A DNA stretch of 64,000 nucleotides from Thermoproteota archaeon (GCA_030550585.1 JAUQPB010000001.1:640001-704000); one strand, 5' to 3'; numbered from the stretch's first letter, positions 28,727 to 39,909 are shown. Numbers and translations are program-made. The notes: generated by a model from the sequence alone, not told the origin.

Positions 28727-30286
28727 TTAGCTAGACAGCTTCCTTCTTCCAGTGGCAAGAAGCAGAAGCGCTATTGCAATGCTCAAGGCCAACACTATTC
28801 CTATTCTCACAGCGTTTTCCTTGCTTAGCAGCCATGGGTTTTGTTGAGATTGTTGCGAGATCTGGTTTTGGACTGTGTTCGTCTGCTGTATTTGTCTAAC
28901 AACCACATTTATTTCACTGCTTTCAGCCGAAGCCGTTGTGTTTGTCTCTGAGGCTAGGGCTTTGAATGTGTATGTCCCTGGCTTTGAGAAAAATTGCAGA
29001 GGTGGTATAACTGCTCTCCCCCTCTCATCTGTTTTTGCAGAGGTGTAGACAGCCCATGTGGTGGATCCAGGCTCTCTATACATGATTGTAATTGGTATTG
29101 GCGTTGGAGGGTTAACTGTTACTAGCATTGTTGGATAGGGGTCTCCAACATAGAGGGTTGTGCTATTCGTCGATAATTTGATGATAGGCACAATCTTTGA
29201 AATGCTAACGGCAATAACATTGCTTATAGCCTCTTTATAGAGCTCTGTAGGAATGGATCTTGCCCTAACATAGGCTGTGCCCAAAGCTCTGTCTGGCTTC
29301 CATGTATAGTAAAAACAGCCATTTTCATTGCTTTCAACAGATGAGATGTTGTTCCATTCGAAACCATTTAAACTATACTCTAAAACAATTCCAAGTCTTG
29401 CCTTGGGATCAATGCACCCGTTAATCAGTATGCTTTGCCCATATACTATATTTGTTGCGTTTGCCTGTATCGATATTCTAGGCTTCAACGGTATGACAAT
29501 TCTTGTTGCAACTACAAAACTTCTTGACATGCCATACGACGTTATATAACTCACGTTAACATATACTGTGTGTATGCCTGGGTCGAGATATGCTGGAAAA
29601 GAGAATGTTACACTACTGTTTCCAGGTATGGAGTCGCTGTACTGTGTTTTAAGGATAGAGGAATTGGAGAACACAGTTGCATACACCTTGTAAATAGGTT
29701 GAATATCAAAGTTGTTTATAGTGACCTGCACAATAACACCACTATCAATATTTATACTATTCACAAATGCTATGACTGGGGATGGAGGAACAAATAACAT
29801 TACTGGAATGTTTTGAGAAAACGACACTTGTCTTCTAGACCCATTATCAAACTCTATATATCCTTGCATAACGAGTTGAAGAGCAGAAGGAATTGTGGCA
29901 CCAGGTTTCAAGGATATGTCAATAACAATTGGTATGTTTAGAGATATAGAGGCTTTTTCCCCAGCCCTACTTAGCATACCAACATAATCTGACGTTGACA
30001 TCTTGCCCAATATAATGCTGATAACAGTTATTGACAGAAATTCTCCCAAACCCTTCTCAACAACAGTAACAGAGGCATTTATAGTTGCTATAGAGCCCAC
30101 CTCTAAAATTGCTGGAACATCTAAATCGACTTTAACAATCCAGTTAAACCAGTTTGAAACAACATAGCTATATCTATTCACATTGCCTAACCCTTGGAGA
30201 TTTGCATTAACGAAGCTTTGTGTTGTAAAGACCAATAAAACTAGTAAACATATCGAAAACGTCGCATTCTTCATATGTGTTCTCAT
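28727..30286 (-). CDS. Secreted, membrane-anchored Ig-like/CARDB repeat surface protein
   Basis: Signal peptide, beta-rich repeats (PGIHTVYVNV; PGTYTFKA), many NxS/T sequons, Gln-rich linker, C-terminal TM and basic tail. Confidence 0.75.
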   Translation of the reverse strand: MRTHMKNATFSICLLVLLVFTTQSFVNANLQGLGNVNRYSYVVSNWFNWIVKVDLDVPAILEVGSIATINASVTVVEKGLGEFLSITVISIILGKMSTSDYVGMLSRAGEKASISLNIPIVIDISLKPGATIPSALQLVMQGYIEFDNGSRRQVSFSQNIPVMLFVPPSPVIAFVNSINIDSGVIVQVTINNFDIQPIYKVYATVFSNSSILKTQYSDSIPGNSSVTFSFPAYLDPGIHTVYVNVSYITSYGMSRSFVVATRIVIPLKPRISIQANATNIVYGQSILINGCIDPKARLGIVLEYSLNGFEWNNISSVESNENGCFYYTWKPDRALGTAYVRARSIPTELYKEAISNVIAVSISKIVPIIKLSTNSTTLYVGDPYPTMLVTVNPPTPIPITIMYREPGSTTWAVYTSAKTDERGRAVIPPLQFFSKPGTYTFKALASETNTTASAESSEINVVVRQIQQTNTVQNQISQQSQQNPWLLSKENAVRIGIVLALSIAIALLLLATGRRKLSS

Positions 30287-32580
30287 TTCCTCTTCGCCAA
30301 TGAAAGTATTGATAATGCGAGAGAGAATGTCGCCACAATTAACGATATATACAATAGCGTATTTAAAATGTTTTGCTTCTGATGCAGCAAGTCAAGGTCT
30401 TTTTGCATTGTTTGAACATCTTTGCTGATTCTGCTTAGGTTGCTCTCGATCTGCATTGTTAACTGGGATAAAATATTCTTTGTTCTGTTAATCTCTATCA
30501 TCATGGAGTTAACATTGTTTAACACCCCACCTATTGTCCTGTTAACAATGTCTATCTCCTCTTCCTTATGCGCAGATGCCATAGGAATATTGACAGATAA
30601 CACCAATTCTTTGCAATTCCAATTGCTTGTATCTATCGATATCATAGTGTTATTCAGTTTTATTGTAACCCACTTTTCGTTGCATGGAATATTGAAAACA
30701 GCTGTGCCACTATCGTTTGTATAGCCAAATGCCGAATATCCACTTTCTGTGTAGAGCTCTAGGAAACTATTTTTCGCAGGTATGCCCCCAATAAACAGTT
30801 TTATGTATATAGGTGCCAAAAACATTTTTTCAAGAACTATAAGAACTCTTTTATAACCGTTGATAATATTGCATGGTATGGCGGTTTCAGGGTAGTAGAA
30901 GGTGTCTAGATAGATTTGAGTGGGTTTGCTCCCCCAGTTAAGATATTGCAAAAAGATTGGCTTTCCACACAAGTATGCTTCAAGTGATGTATTTGTCATT
31001 GCCATTGGAACATTGGGAGAGAAGGTAATTGTGTCTAAAACTGGCTGTATTCCTAGAAAGCCTCTGAGCACAACCCTATAGAAGTCTATGCATGGCATTC
31101 CACGGTATAGCACATACATGTAGTAGATAGGCATCATTCTTAGAACGAGATCCAGATGACCATACCTTGAAAAAGCCTCTAGTGCATCTACAATAAATCT
31201 CCTCTCTATGGGCATTGACGATATGTTGGTTGACGAGATAAAGCTGGCCAGGTATTCCATGTGCTTATCAGAGTTTGGAACACTATAGATAGCTATTGAA
31301 GCCTCTTCAATAACGTTGTCAAGGGAGATAGTCCTGTAGTCGGCTGAGGGGGCATAGGCATAGCCTAGAAAAAGACTTTTCAGCTTATCTACAACAGCAT
31401 TTCTTATAGCCTCTACACGAGTGGCTGTGTAACCATCTCCAACGTATTGAGCGGCCATGTAAACCATTTCGGCTGCACTATATATCTTCGCCAAATCAGA
31501 ACTTCTATTCGATGCATCTACAAGTCTTGTTAAAGAGTCTATAAGCTCCTCTATAAGCTCTTTAGGCATTGTTCTTAGGCTCTCTGGATAGTAATAGATA
31601 TAGCTGGCTAAGGCAATATAGAAGCTGTGGTTGGAATAGAATTTCTTTGCAAACCACGAAGCATCGGTTCTTATGTTAGACAATTTCGATAGATATACAT
31701 AGGATGAGGCCTCCTCCGGCAACACATTAATCAAATTGTCTTCTATACCACCATGTGTCATCATGTTTACTGTGTTGTAGATGGATAAAACGTAGAGATT
31801 CTTCAACTCAAGGTTGCTCATTTGCGGAACCGGAAAATGCGATACAACATCCGAGAAAGCGTTTTTCGTATAGTCAAGATATTTCACAACATTGTTAGCC
31901 ACTTCATCAAGGATGTTGCCGAAACCTATTAGAGTGTTTACGCACTGTCCTGATGGGATAGTCGCAGAGATGATTATAGACCTGTTCACTGTTCCAATAC
32001 CCGCTTTCTCCGCTAGTGTATAAACCTCAAATATAATTCCATTAACATCTGCAACAATTTTTCTATTGCTTGTGTAGAGAACCGAGTAATTTTCATAAAG
32101 CTTTAAATCTATTGTTATTGTGTTGAAAAGGTTTGGCGATGTAGAACAAATTGAGATATAAAAAGATGATGTGTTATAGAGTGGAGCCGTGTACAGCCTT
32201 ATCTCCGAGTTATTAATGGTATACACAGTCTTTGTATAGAACCCTCCAATTTCAATGCTAAAAAATTTGGGGTTCAACTCGCTAAGGCTAGCATTATTAA
32301 ATACAATGTCAATTCCTAAGTAAGTTGAGGTATCGTTGACCTTATAGACAACAAAATTGGGTATACCACCAACCAGATACACAGACGATTCAACGCCTCT
32401 AGCTATTGACGATACCAAATCCCTTAGAACAGATCTTAAAAGAGGTTTTCCAGATCCATAGAATAACGCTGTTGTCGTTTCCGAGGAACTGGTTTGGCTT
32501 TTAGCAGGTACAGTAATCAACATATCTATAGCAATCAGCAACATCATAACAAATGCTATAGAGCTTCTCATAACATACAC
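30283..32580 (-). CDS. Large cell-surface protein with putative glycosidase-like (alpha/alpha) domain, coiled-coil stalk and C-terminal TM
   Basis: Signal peptide, helical core, RGFLGIQPVLDTITFSPNVP (typical after six-hairpin GH domains), heptad coiled coil and TM+KRK. ATGA overlap with the next gene. Confidence 0.65.
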   Translation of the reverse strand: MYVMRSSIAFVMMLLIAIDMLITVPAKSQTSSSETTTALFYGSGKPLLRSVLRDLVSSIARGVESSVYLVGGIPNFVVYKVNDTSTYLGIDIVFNNASLSELNPKFFSIEIGGFYTKTVYTINNSEIRLYTAPLYNTSSFYISICSTSPNLFNTITIDLKLYENYSVLYTSNRKIVADVNGIIFEVYTLAEKAGIGTVNRSIIISATIPSGQCVNTLIGFGNILDEVANNVVKYLDYTKNAFSDVVSHFPVPQMSNLELKNLYVLSIYNTVNMMTHGGIEDNLINVLPEEASSYVYLSKLSNIRTDASWFAKKFYSNHSFYIALASYIYYYPESLRTMPKELIEELIDSLTRLVDASNRSSDLAKIYSAAEMVYMAAQYVGDGYTATRVEAIRNAVVDKLKSLFLGYAYAPSADYRTISLDNVIEEASIAIYSVPNSDKHMEYLASFISSTNISSMPIERRFIVDALEAFSRYGHLDLVLRMMPIYYMYVLYRGMPCIDFYRVVLRGFLGIQPVLDTITFSPNVPMAMTNTSLEAYLCGKPIFLQYLNWGSKPTQIYLDTFYYPETAIPCNIINGYKRVLIVLEKMFLAPIYIKLFIGGIPAKNSFLELYTESGYSAFGYTNDSGTAVFNIPCNEKWVTIKLNNTMISIDTSNWNCKELVLSVNIPMASAHKEEEIDIVNRTIGGVLNNVNSMMIEINRTKNILSQLTMQIESNLSRISKDVQTMQKDLDLLHQKQNILNTLLYISLIVATFSLALSILSLAKRK

Positions 32581-32857
32581 TACAAACTAATTGACACACA
32601 GCTAAAAAAGCTTAACCAAGGATAGCGACCGAAGAGCTCATCACATATTGAAACATTGTGTTCAAACAAATTCGATTTCTTATTCAATGCTTGCGACAAA
32701 CAAATTAAAACTTGTCATCAAGAAGGATCTATATCCTGATTTACTTTATAGCAGAGATTTCAAGAACACTTTGGACGCGAATACATGGTTGCTAACTATT
32801 ATGAAAATATTTAATTTATTTTGCAAGATATTTCTACTGTCTCTGGATTGAAATATA

Positions 32858-33193
32858 ATGCCGAAGTATAGACTGGCAATAACATCTATTGCTATAGCTA
32901 TTGCTGTAGCTGTGATTCTCTACATTTTTGTGGGTCCAGCAACCCTAGTTGCAGATGTGTTGCAAAACACAGTTGCTCTTGTGGTAATAACGGTCTTTTC
33001 TCTGATAATACTGTTGATTGGAACTACAGTGGTTTTAACAACAGAAAGTGAGTTCATTGCCGCCGTAGCTGCTATAGCAATGTTCCTATCAAGTATTGTT
33101 CTTGCAACAGCGCTTCCCATGCTAATAAATAGAGCGTCCAACTATTTCAACGATCTCTTGTCGAACATTACAAAGAGGGTTGTTGGCCCATAA
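32858..33193 (+). CDS. Small 3-TM membrane protein
   Basis: Three hydrophobic helices; TATA-like TTTAATTT about 40 nt upstream. Confidence 0.65.
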   Translation: MPKYRLAITSIAIAIAVAVILYIFVGPATLVADVLQNTVALVVITVFSLIILLIGTTVVLTTESEFIAAVAAIAMFLSSIVLATALPMLINRASNYFNDLLSNITKRVVGP

Positions 33194-33319
33194 CCAAGCA
33201 ATAAATAGTTCGGTCAAGAATTTAGATGGCTGTGACATTTCATCGACATTCAAGCATCATAATATATTTGTCATAGTGGCAAAAAATAAAATTATCTATG
33301 AGAATATGTAAATATGTGA

Positions 33320-34852
33320 TTGGCTATGGTTTTGGCAAAGCCAAAATCATCTTTATTCAAGGACGTGTTTGTTGAGAGAGATGGGATGGTCTACTACAAG
33401 ACATATCTAGCTGGTGAATGGATTGATAGTGGGGATTACCTAGAGGTAAAAACGCCTATAGATCTAACAGTCATAGCCAAGGTGTCTAAGCTCAGCTGGG
33501 AACACATCGACAGAGCTCTGTCTACTGTTTACAGCTCTGGGAGATGGTCTGTTAGGGATTTGCCTGGCTGGAAACGTTTAGACATTTTGAAAAGGGCTGC
33601 TAAAAAACTTGAGGAGCTGAAAGAAGATTTTGCAGAGGTTCTTGTTCTGAATGCTGGCAAGACACGCTCCCAAGCTCTTGGCGAGGTAAATGCCAGTATC
33701 GATAGGCTTATGTCTGCTGATCTAGATGCGAGAAAGGTCTTCGGAGAGTATATGCCTGGTGACTGGGATCAGACAACTATAGAGACTGAGGCTATTGTTA
33801 GAAGAGAGCCTGTTGGCGTTGTTCTAGCAATTATACCATTTAACTATCCGCTGTTTGACACAGTATCGAAGATTGCATATAGCTTTGTAGCTGGTAATGC
33901 TATTGTTGTTAAACCTCCTTCAGCTGATCCACTACCTGTAATACTGCTTGCGAAGATTCTTGAAGAAAGTGGTTTTCCAAAGGATGCGCTAGCTGTTTTG
34001 ACTGTGCCTGGGGAGGAGAGCGATAGGATAGTGTCAGACAATAGGATTAACGCAATTAGCTTTACTGGCAGTAGTGAAACGGGTAGAAAGGTTATTGAAA
34101 AGGCTGGCATAAAGCAGTTTGTTATGGAGCTTGGTGGCGGCGATTCAGCAATTGTTTTGGCGGATGCAGATCTTAAACTAGCTGCAGAGAGGATAGCAGC
34201 TGGGATATACAGCTATGCTGGGCAGAGATGCGATGCTATAAAGCTTATTCTTGTTGAAGAGCCTGTATACGAGAATTTGAAGAAAATGCTTGTGGAGGAG
34301 CTGTCAAAGGTTAGAGTAGGTGATCCGAGAGAGCAGACCACAGTAATGGGGCCGTTAATAGACTCTAAAGCTGTAGACAATATGATGAATGCCATTGAAG
34401 ATGCTGTGAAGTTGGGTGGAATAATACTCTATGGAGGCAAGAGGCTTGGCCCAACATATGTAGAGCCAACGCTGATAGAGTTCAAAGATAAGAATGCTCT
34501 AAAGAACAGTATCCTCTATAGAAAGGAGGTATTCGCTCCAGTAGCCATAATGACAAGTTTTAGAGAGCTTGACGAAGCCATAGAGCTGGCAAATGGTAGG
34601 AGATATGGTTTAGATGCAGCAATATTTGGAGAGAATATGACTAAGATCAGGAGGCTCATAAGATATTTGGATGTGGGAGCCATATACATAAATGATATGC
34701 CTAGGCATGGAGTTGGCTACTACCCATTTGGTGGCAGGAAGGACTCTGGGATTGGTAGAGAGGGTATAGGCTACTCCATAGAGTATGTAACAGCATATAA
34801 GACTATTGTCTACAACTATAGGGGTAGAGGAGTCTGGAGATACACGCTATAA
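33320..34852 (+). CDS. gapN: Non-phosphorylating glyceraldehyde-3-phosphate dehydrogenase
   Basis: ALDH fold: [28 protein letters not shown] and EVFAP, plus the GAPN-type [17 protein letters not shown]. Confidence 0.93.
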   Translation: MAMVLAKPKSSLFKDVFVERDGMVYYKTYLAGEWIDSGDYLEVKTPIDLTVIAKVSKLSWEHIDRALSTVYSSGRWSVRDLPGWKRLDILKRAAKKLEELKEDFAEVLVLNAGKTRSQALGEVNASIDRLMSADLDARKVFGEYMPGDWDQTTIETEAIVRREPVGVVLAIIPFNYPLFDTVSKIAYSFVAGNAIVVKPPSADPLPVILLAKILEESGFPKDALAVLTVPGEESDRIVSDNRINAISFTGSSETGRKVIEKAGIKQFVMELGGGDSAIVLADADLKLAAERIAAGIYSYAGQRCDAIKLILVEEPVYENLKKMLVEELSKVRVGDPREQTTVMGPLIDSKAVDNMMNAIEDAVKLGGIILYGGKRLGPTYVEPTLIEFKDKNALKNSILYRKEVFAPVAIMTSFRELDEAIELANGRRYGLDAAIFGENMTKIRRLIRYLDVGAIYINDMPRHGVGYYPFGGRKDSGIGREGIGYSIEYVTAYKTIVYNYRGRGVWRYTL

Positions 34853-34862
34853 AATAAACTAG

Positions 34863-37532
34863 CTAGCTAATTTTTATCCCCAAAACCTTTCTTACTTCAT
34901 CAACTATTATTATGACTATTGGCGCTAGGAATAGAATGGGCCATACCTTAATATCTATTGGTACTGTATGGAAATATTTGTTCAAGGGTGTGTATATTGC
35001 TAACAGCTGAAGAGCTAGCGACGATAGGAGAGCTGGTGCAAGCCACTTGTTTCTCGGTAGCTTCCAAAAGTTCTGCTGCTCGCTTCTAGATGACAAAGCT
35101 CTTCCAAACTCAGATAAAACAATTGCTGTAAAGGCAGCTGTTCTTGCAAACTCTAGTGAGACCCCCCTAAACATGCTGAATATCCATAGCGTTGTTACCC
35201 CTATCAGCGAGCCCATAGCGATGTAGTAACCAAGTTTTCTTCTCGTCACAAACCTTTCTCCTGCTGGTCTAGGAGGCCTATCCATAATGCCTGGCTCTGG
35301 AGGCTCAACACCTAAGGCGGCAGCTGGCAAAGCATCTGTGACAACATTTATCCATAGAAGGTGCACGGGCTCTAGCGGTGATGGCATTAGAAGGAGTTGT
35401 GATCCGAAGATTGTTGCCACTTCGCCCATATTAGCCGTCAAAAGATAGTTTATAGGCTTCTTCAAATTCTCGTATATGATTCTACCCTCTTTAACAGCCT
35501 CCACAATAGTAGCATAATTGTCGTCTAGAAGTATTAGCTGTGAAGCCTCTTTCGCAACATCTGTTCCCCTAACACCCATGGCAATCCCAATGTGGGCTTC
35601 TTTCAAAGCCTGTGCATCATTTACACCATCCCCAGTCATAGCAACTCTATAGCCCTTTCTCTTAAGTACCCTCACAATCCTAGCCTTGTGCTCTGGGGTC
35701 ACACGAGCAAATACAACTACCTTGTCAATTATTTTAGCCAGCTCATCGTCGCCCATTCTATCCAGTTCTCTCCCCTCAAGAACAAGCCCATTATCGACAT
35801 CAAGCCCGATCATCCTTGCTATGGCCATGGCAGTTAATTTGTGGTCTCCTGTTACAATAATAGTTTTTATCCCAGCCTTCTTAGCAATTTTAATAGCTTC
35901 TGCAACCCCCTCTCTAGGGGGGTCGATAATGCCTAGAACAGCATAGAAAACCAAATCCTTTTCAACATCTTCTACAGGTACATCATCAGAGAAATTGTCT
36001 AGAGTCTTAAATGCTATGCCATAGGTTCTATATCCCTGGGATGCAAGCTCCTCGATATACCTAGCAACAGTTTTTCTGATTTGCTCATCAATGGGTTTGA
36101 TATCGCCGTTAGAGTATATCATCTTCGATATCTCTAGGAGTCCTTCTGGAGCACCTGAAACAATGGCTATGTATTTATCCCCAAATCTGTGGATAGTTGA
36201 TTTCCTCTTTCTGAATCTGTCAAACGGATATACCTTCACAAGTTGTAGCTCTGAAACAGCTTTCTCAACACCTTCTCTGCCAAGACCCTTATAGGCTAAA
36301 ACCAGAGCAGCGCCCTCGGTCGGGGAACCCACAACCCTCCAGATACCCTTATCATTAACAAGTTTGACATCGCTGTATGTATGTGCAGCGATAAACCTTA
36401 GGAGATCTGTTACATTGCTATTGTTGCTGCATCTGATCATTCCCTCTGGGCTGTATCCAGACCCATCAACATTGCACACATCGTCATAGGTTCTCACAAT
36501 CTTTACAGTCATCTCGCCCTTGGTGATAGTACCGGTCTTGTCTGTGCAAATGACATCAACCGACCCAAGGGTTTCAACAGCTGCAAGCCTCCTTACCAAA
36601 GCGTTTTTCTTAGCCATTCTATGAGCACCTATTGCTAGAACAGCTGTTGCTATTGCTGGAAGACCCTCTGGTATAGCGGCTACGGCAAGCGCAACAGATA
36701 TCATAAATGATTCTAGAATCCCTGCCCAGCCCTCAATAAGAGAAGTTGCAAAAACAACTGCGGCAATGCCTATTATCACAACACCTATCTTCTTGCCAAA
36801 ATCGTCTAACTCCATTTCAAGTATGGTCTTCTCTTCTTTAGCTTCTGCAACAGCCTTTGCAATCCTGCCAAGCTCTGTGGAGATCCCAGTTGCAACCACA
36901 ACCCCCTTGGCAAATCCCTTAACGATGTATGTCCCCATAAAAACCATGTTAGACCTTTCACTAACAATTGTCGAGGGGTCTAGCACAACGCTAGCATCTT
37001 TTTCAATAGGTGTTGACTCGCCTGTCAATGGAGACTCGTCAACCTCTAGATCAACAGCTTCAATGAGTCTTATATCAGCTGGTACCCTATCACCCTCTCT
37101 GAGAATTACTATGTCCCCAGGCACAAGCTCTGTAGATGGTATCTCAACTTCTTTGCCATCTCTGATAACCCTGCAACGCGGTGTGGCAAGCCTCTTTAGA
37201 GACTGTATGATCTTCTCAGATCTATACTCTTGGATAAAGCCGAATAGAGCCATCATAACAACTATTATGGCTATGGTAACAGCGTCGAAGAGCTCGCCAA
37301 GAAAGGCTGAAATAGCTGTTGCAATGAGTAGGATTATAATGAGTATGTTATTGAACTGACCAATAAACATTTCAATAGGTGTTTTGGTCTTTGCCTTTAT
37401 CTCATTTCTTCCAAACAATCTAAGTCTTCTAGCTGCTTCTGCCTCAGTAAGCCCGCTGGTAATGCTTGTGCCAAGTTTCTTAACAGCATCTTCTATTGTT
37501 AGTGAATGCCATGGTAGACTATCTGCGTTCAT
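34863..37532 (-). CDS. Cation-transporting P-type ATPase (P2A, Ca2+-like)
   Basis: LTGES, AAIPEGL, DKTGT, DPPR, TGDGVND and WINVVTD. Confidence 0.95.
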   Translation of the reverse strand: MNADSLPWHSLTIEDAVKKLGTSITSGLTEAEAARRLRLFGRNEIKAKTKTPIEMFIGQFNNILIIILLIATAISAFLGELFDAVTIAIIVVMMALFGFIQEYRSEKIIQSLKRLATPRCRVIRDGKEVEIPSTELVPGDIVILREGDRVPADIRLIEAVDLEVDESPLTGESTPIEKDASVVLDPSTIVSERSNMVFMGTYIVKGFAKGVVVATGISTELGRIAKAVAEAKEEKTILEMELDDFGKKIGVVIIGIAAVVFATSLIEGWAGILESFMISVALAVAAIPEGLPAIATAVLAIGAHRMAKKNALVRRLAAVETLGSVDVICTDKTGTITKGEMTVKIVRTYDDVCNVDGSGYSPEGMIRCSNNSNVTDLLRFIAAHTYSDVKLVNDKGIWRVVGSPTEGAALVLAYKGLGREGVEKAVSELQLVKVYPFDRFRKRKSTIHRFGDKYIAIVSGAPEGLLEISKMIYSNGDIKPIDEQIRKTVARYIEELASQGYRTYGIAFKTLDNFSDDVPVEDVEKDLVFYAVLGIIDPPREGVAEAIKIAKKAGIKTIIVTGDHKLTAMAIARMIGLDVDNGLVLEGRELDRMGDDELAKIIDKVVVFARVTPEHKARIVRVLKRKGYRVAMTGDGVNDAQALKEAHIGIAMGVRGTDVAKEASQLILLDDNYATIVEAVKEGRIIYENLKKPINYLLTANMGEVATIFGSQLLLMPSPLEPVHLLWINVVTDALPAAALGVEPPEPGIMDRPPRPAGERFVTRRKLGYYIAMGSLIGVTTLWIFSMFRGVSLEFARTAAFTAIVLSEFGRALSSRSEQQNFWKLPRNKWLAPALLSSLALQLLAIYTPLNKYFHTVPIDIKVWPILFLAPIVIIIVDEVRKVLGIKIS

Positions 37533-37696
37533 TGCAACCCAGCCCAGCTGTAGTTAGTTGAATAGGGAAAAAAGTTTTTGAATGCAAGTTGTGGAAGTCC
37601 ATTTTAGCATGTCCACTAGTTGAAAAAGTTTTCTTCTGCTTGATTTGGTAGCAATTTTAAATATATAGAGAATGCAACAAAATCTTTGGTGCAAAC

Positions 37697-38083
37697 ATGA
37701 GTAAAAGAAACATTATTTTGAATGAAAACCTCGCAGAAAAGCTTTCAATAGCTTCGAAGAGGCTTGGCATAGACGTAGACACACTTGTTAACAGAGTTTT
37801 GGATGAGTGGGTTAAGAATAATAAGAAGCTTGTGGTATCATTTGACGATGTATTGAATGAATATGAAGCCAGTTTAAGTGGATACTCTGACAAAACTAAG
37901 AAGACAAAGATTAGGGTTGTAAAAGGATTTGTAGAGTGGTGTGAGGCTAATGGCTTTGAGCCGAGCGAGGAGGTTTTGGAAAAGTATGTTAGCGACATCT
38001 CATCCAAGTACTCCCAGTCGTATGTTCAACATGCTAGGTCGGCAATCAAAGACTTTGTTAATTGGTATAAAGAGAGATTTTAG
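37697..38083 (+). CDS. RHH domain fused to tyrosine-recombinase core-binding (SAM-like) domain
   Basis: aa 1-42 are RHH-like (NIILNENLAEKLSIASKRLGIDVDTLVNRVLDEW). aa 48-125 (GYSDKTKKT..VVKGFVEWC...SQSYVQHARSAIKDFVNW) match the integrase N-terminal/CB pattern. No catalytic domain. Confidence 0.7.
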   Translation: MSKRNIILNENLAEKLSIASKRLGIDVDTLVNRVLDEWVKNNKKLVVSFDDVLNEYEASLSGYSDKTKKTKIRVVKGFVEWCEANGFEPSEEVLEKYVSDISSKYSQSYVQHARSAIKDFVNWYKERF

Positions 38084-39909
38084 AGTTGTTCATAAAACAT
38101 CTTAACAACTTTTGCAACGTCCTCTAAGCTTTTTGTAACAAATCTTATCCTGAGGCCTAGTCTAGGCGTTATAGAATTTCCGAGGAATCTTCTATCAGCT
38201 AGAATAACTAGTGCATAGTCTTTATCGGATCTTACTGCTCTTCCAACAGCCTGGAGAATTCTAATTGTGGCTTGCTCCCTAAAATAGTCTATGGATTCTC
38301 CACCGCTCTTCTCAATCTCATTTGCAATAGCGTTTGTATAGTCGTCTGGCTGTGGATAAGGTATGCCAACAACAATCACTGTTTTTATCAGGCTTTCACC
38401 ATTGGCCACAATTTCAATACCTTCAGAGAGTCTGCCTCCAGCAACAGCGTTTAGAACAACCTTGTCAAAGCTCTTCACATTTTCGACAATCTCTGAAAGT
38501 GGCTCCGAACCTTCGGAGATCATATTATCGACGTTGGTAACATATCTTAGAATAGACTTCATGACCTCATAGCTTGGGTAAACAGCCATTATAACCCCCT
38601 TTCCAGAGAACCTGTAAACAGTTTCTACGATGTTTGCATATGTTCTATAAACATTCTCGCCTCTAAGCCTATAGCTCGTAGTTGCGCCAGTGAATATAAC
38701 TGCTGTTGTATTCTCCTTGAGAAAGTTTCTAGAGCCAAAATCCTCAACATCAACCCTAATAACGTTTTTAGAGACTCTAACAACATTTCTCAGAAACTCG
38801 TTTGATGGTGGTGTAGCGCTCATCAACACAATGCCTGCAAACCTCTCAAAGATGTTCCTGAGAAATTCGTAGGATGTGGGCATAGCAGACAACAAAATAT
38901 CTCCACCCAAGCCCCTAGCCAAAAACAGCTCATAATCCTCTTGTACAGCAACATCTGCAAAGTTGGCGACCTTAGATAGAGATGCCACTAGCTTTTCAAC
39001 TTTCTCCACATCGGTATCAGAGCCTCTAAGCAATCTAGTCATTGAGTTGAAGACTGTTGCCTCAAGTTTATCAACTAGAGTCTTGTCCAATCCAATAATG
39101 CTTTTGTCTATATGTTTGTAGCCCCTTGCACCACTTTCTACTGCTAGGGAGCTGAGTTTCTTAAGAAACTCAATTGTATCACTATCTACAGAAAGGCTCT
39201 CAGCCTCTTTAACAGCATCTCTAACACTATTGATGGATATGCTCTCCCCTGCAATACCACCAATATTCAAAAGATTGTGCGCCTCATCAATAACAAGAAC
39301 AGCTCTCGAAACATCTTTGTCGCTAAATATAGCGTTCCATATCCTCTCCTTGAATATGTATGGATATGTAGCTACAAAGAGCTGTACATAGTCGAATAGG
39401 CTTATAGAGGAGAAGTATGGGCAGATGCCAAGATTATCGGCAAGACTCTTTGCGATGCATACATGATCTCTACAGCTAGAAATGGCAGAAGCTACAATGG
39501 GTTGCGGTAAAGTGTTGGTTCTTGAACGGTATGGGCATTTTCCTTGGATGCTGAGAGCATTGCATATAAACCAGAAGCCCTCAACAGAAATGCTACTGTT
39601 TCTGACAATTGGACACATCCTCCTAGCGCTATATAGAACAGCGAATCTGAGCCCAAGCAAGCTGACCTCTCTAATAACGGGGTCGATTTCATTTCTAGTT
39701 CTCACAACATATAGAATCTTATCGAAAACATCCTTGTCTAGCAGTATCTTGAGCGAGTATAGGATAGATATAGTCTTGCCAAAACCTGTGGGAGCAGAGA
39801 AAACTAGTACATCCCCCACACCAAATCTGCTAGAAACAAACCTCACAAACTCAGCTTGGCCAGGCCTAGGCCTCTGATATGGAAAATCTCCAAGCTCTAT
39901 ACAAAACAC
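38080..39909 (-). CDS. xpd: XPD/Rad3-family Fe-S DNA helicase
   Basis: FPY..RPGQ, APTGFGKT, Cys cluster (MCP..C..CPY..CPY), IDEAHN, MSAT, EGIE, GIPYP and QAVGRAVR. Confidence 0.92.
   Translation of the reverse strand: MFCIELGDFPYQRPRPGQAEFVRFVSSRFGVGDVLVFSAPTGFGKTISILYSLKILLDKDVFDKILYVVRTRNEIDPVIREVSLLGLRFAVLYSARRMCPIVRNSSISVEGFWFICNALSIQGKCPYRSRTNTLPQPIVASAISSCRDHVCIAKSLADNLGICPYFSSISLFDYVQLFVATYPYIFKERIWNAIFSDKDVSRAVLVIDEAHNLLNIGGIAGESISINSVRDAVKEAESLSVDSDTIEFLKKLSSLAVESGARGYKHIDKSIIGLDKTLVDKLEATVFNSMTRLLRGSDTDVEKVEKLVASLSKVANFADVAVQEDYELFLARGLGGDILLSAMPTSYEFLRNIFERFAGIVLMSATPPSNEFLRNVVRVSKNVIRVDVEDFGSRNFLKENTTAVIFTGATTSYRLRGENVYRTYANIVETVYRFSGKGVIMAVYPSYEVMKSILRYVTNVDNMISEGSEPLSEIVENVKSFDKVVLNAVAGGRLSEGIEIVANGESLIKTVIVVGIPYPQPDDYTNAIANEIEKSGGESIDYFREQATIRILQAVGRAVRSDKDYALVILADRRFLGNSITPRLGLRIRFVTKSLEDVAKVVKMFYEQL

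Noticed and set aside
32590-32647. Minus-strand GTGATGA as a second C/D sRNA
   Set aside because: There is no CTGA D box at a suitable distance, and the downstream bases are the promoter of the 32580 gene.
32858-33193. Small membrane protein as a CedA1/CedA2 DNA-import pilin
   Set aside because: No cedA or cedB neighbours, and the HerA in this window has no TM anchor and is paired with NurA.
37697-38083. Integrase marking an integrated element
   Set aside because: No catalytic R-H-R-Y domain, att repeat or tRNA, and the flanks are housekeeping genes.
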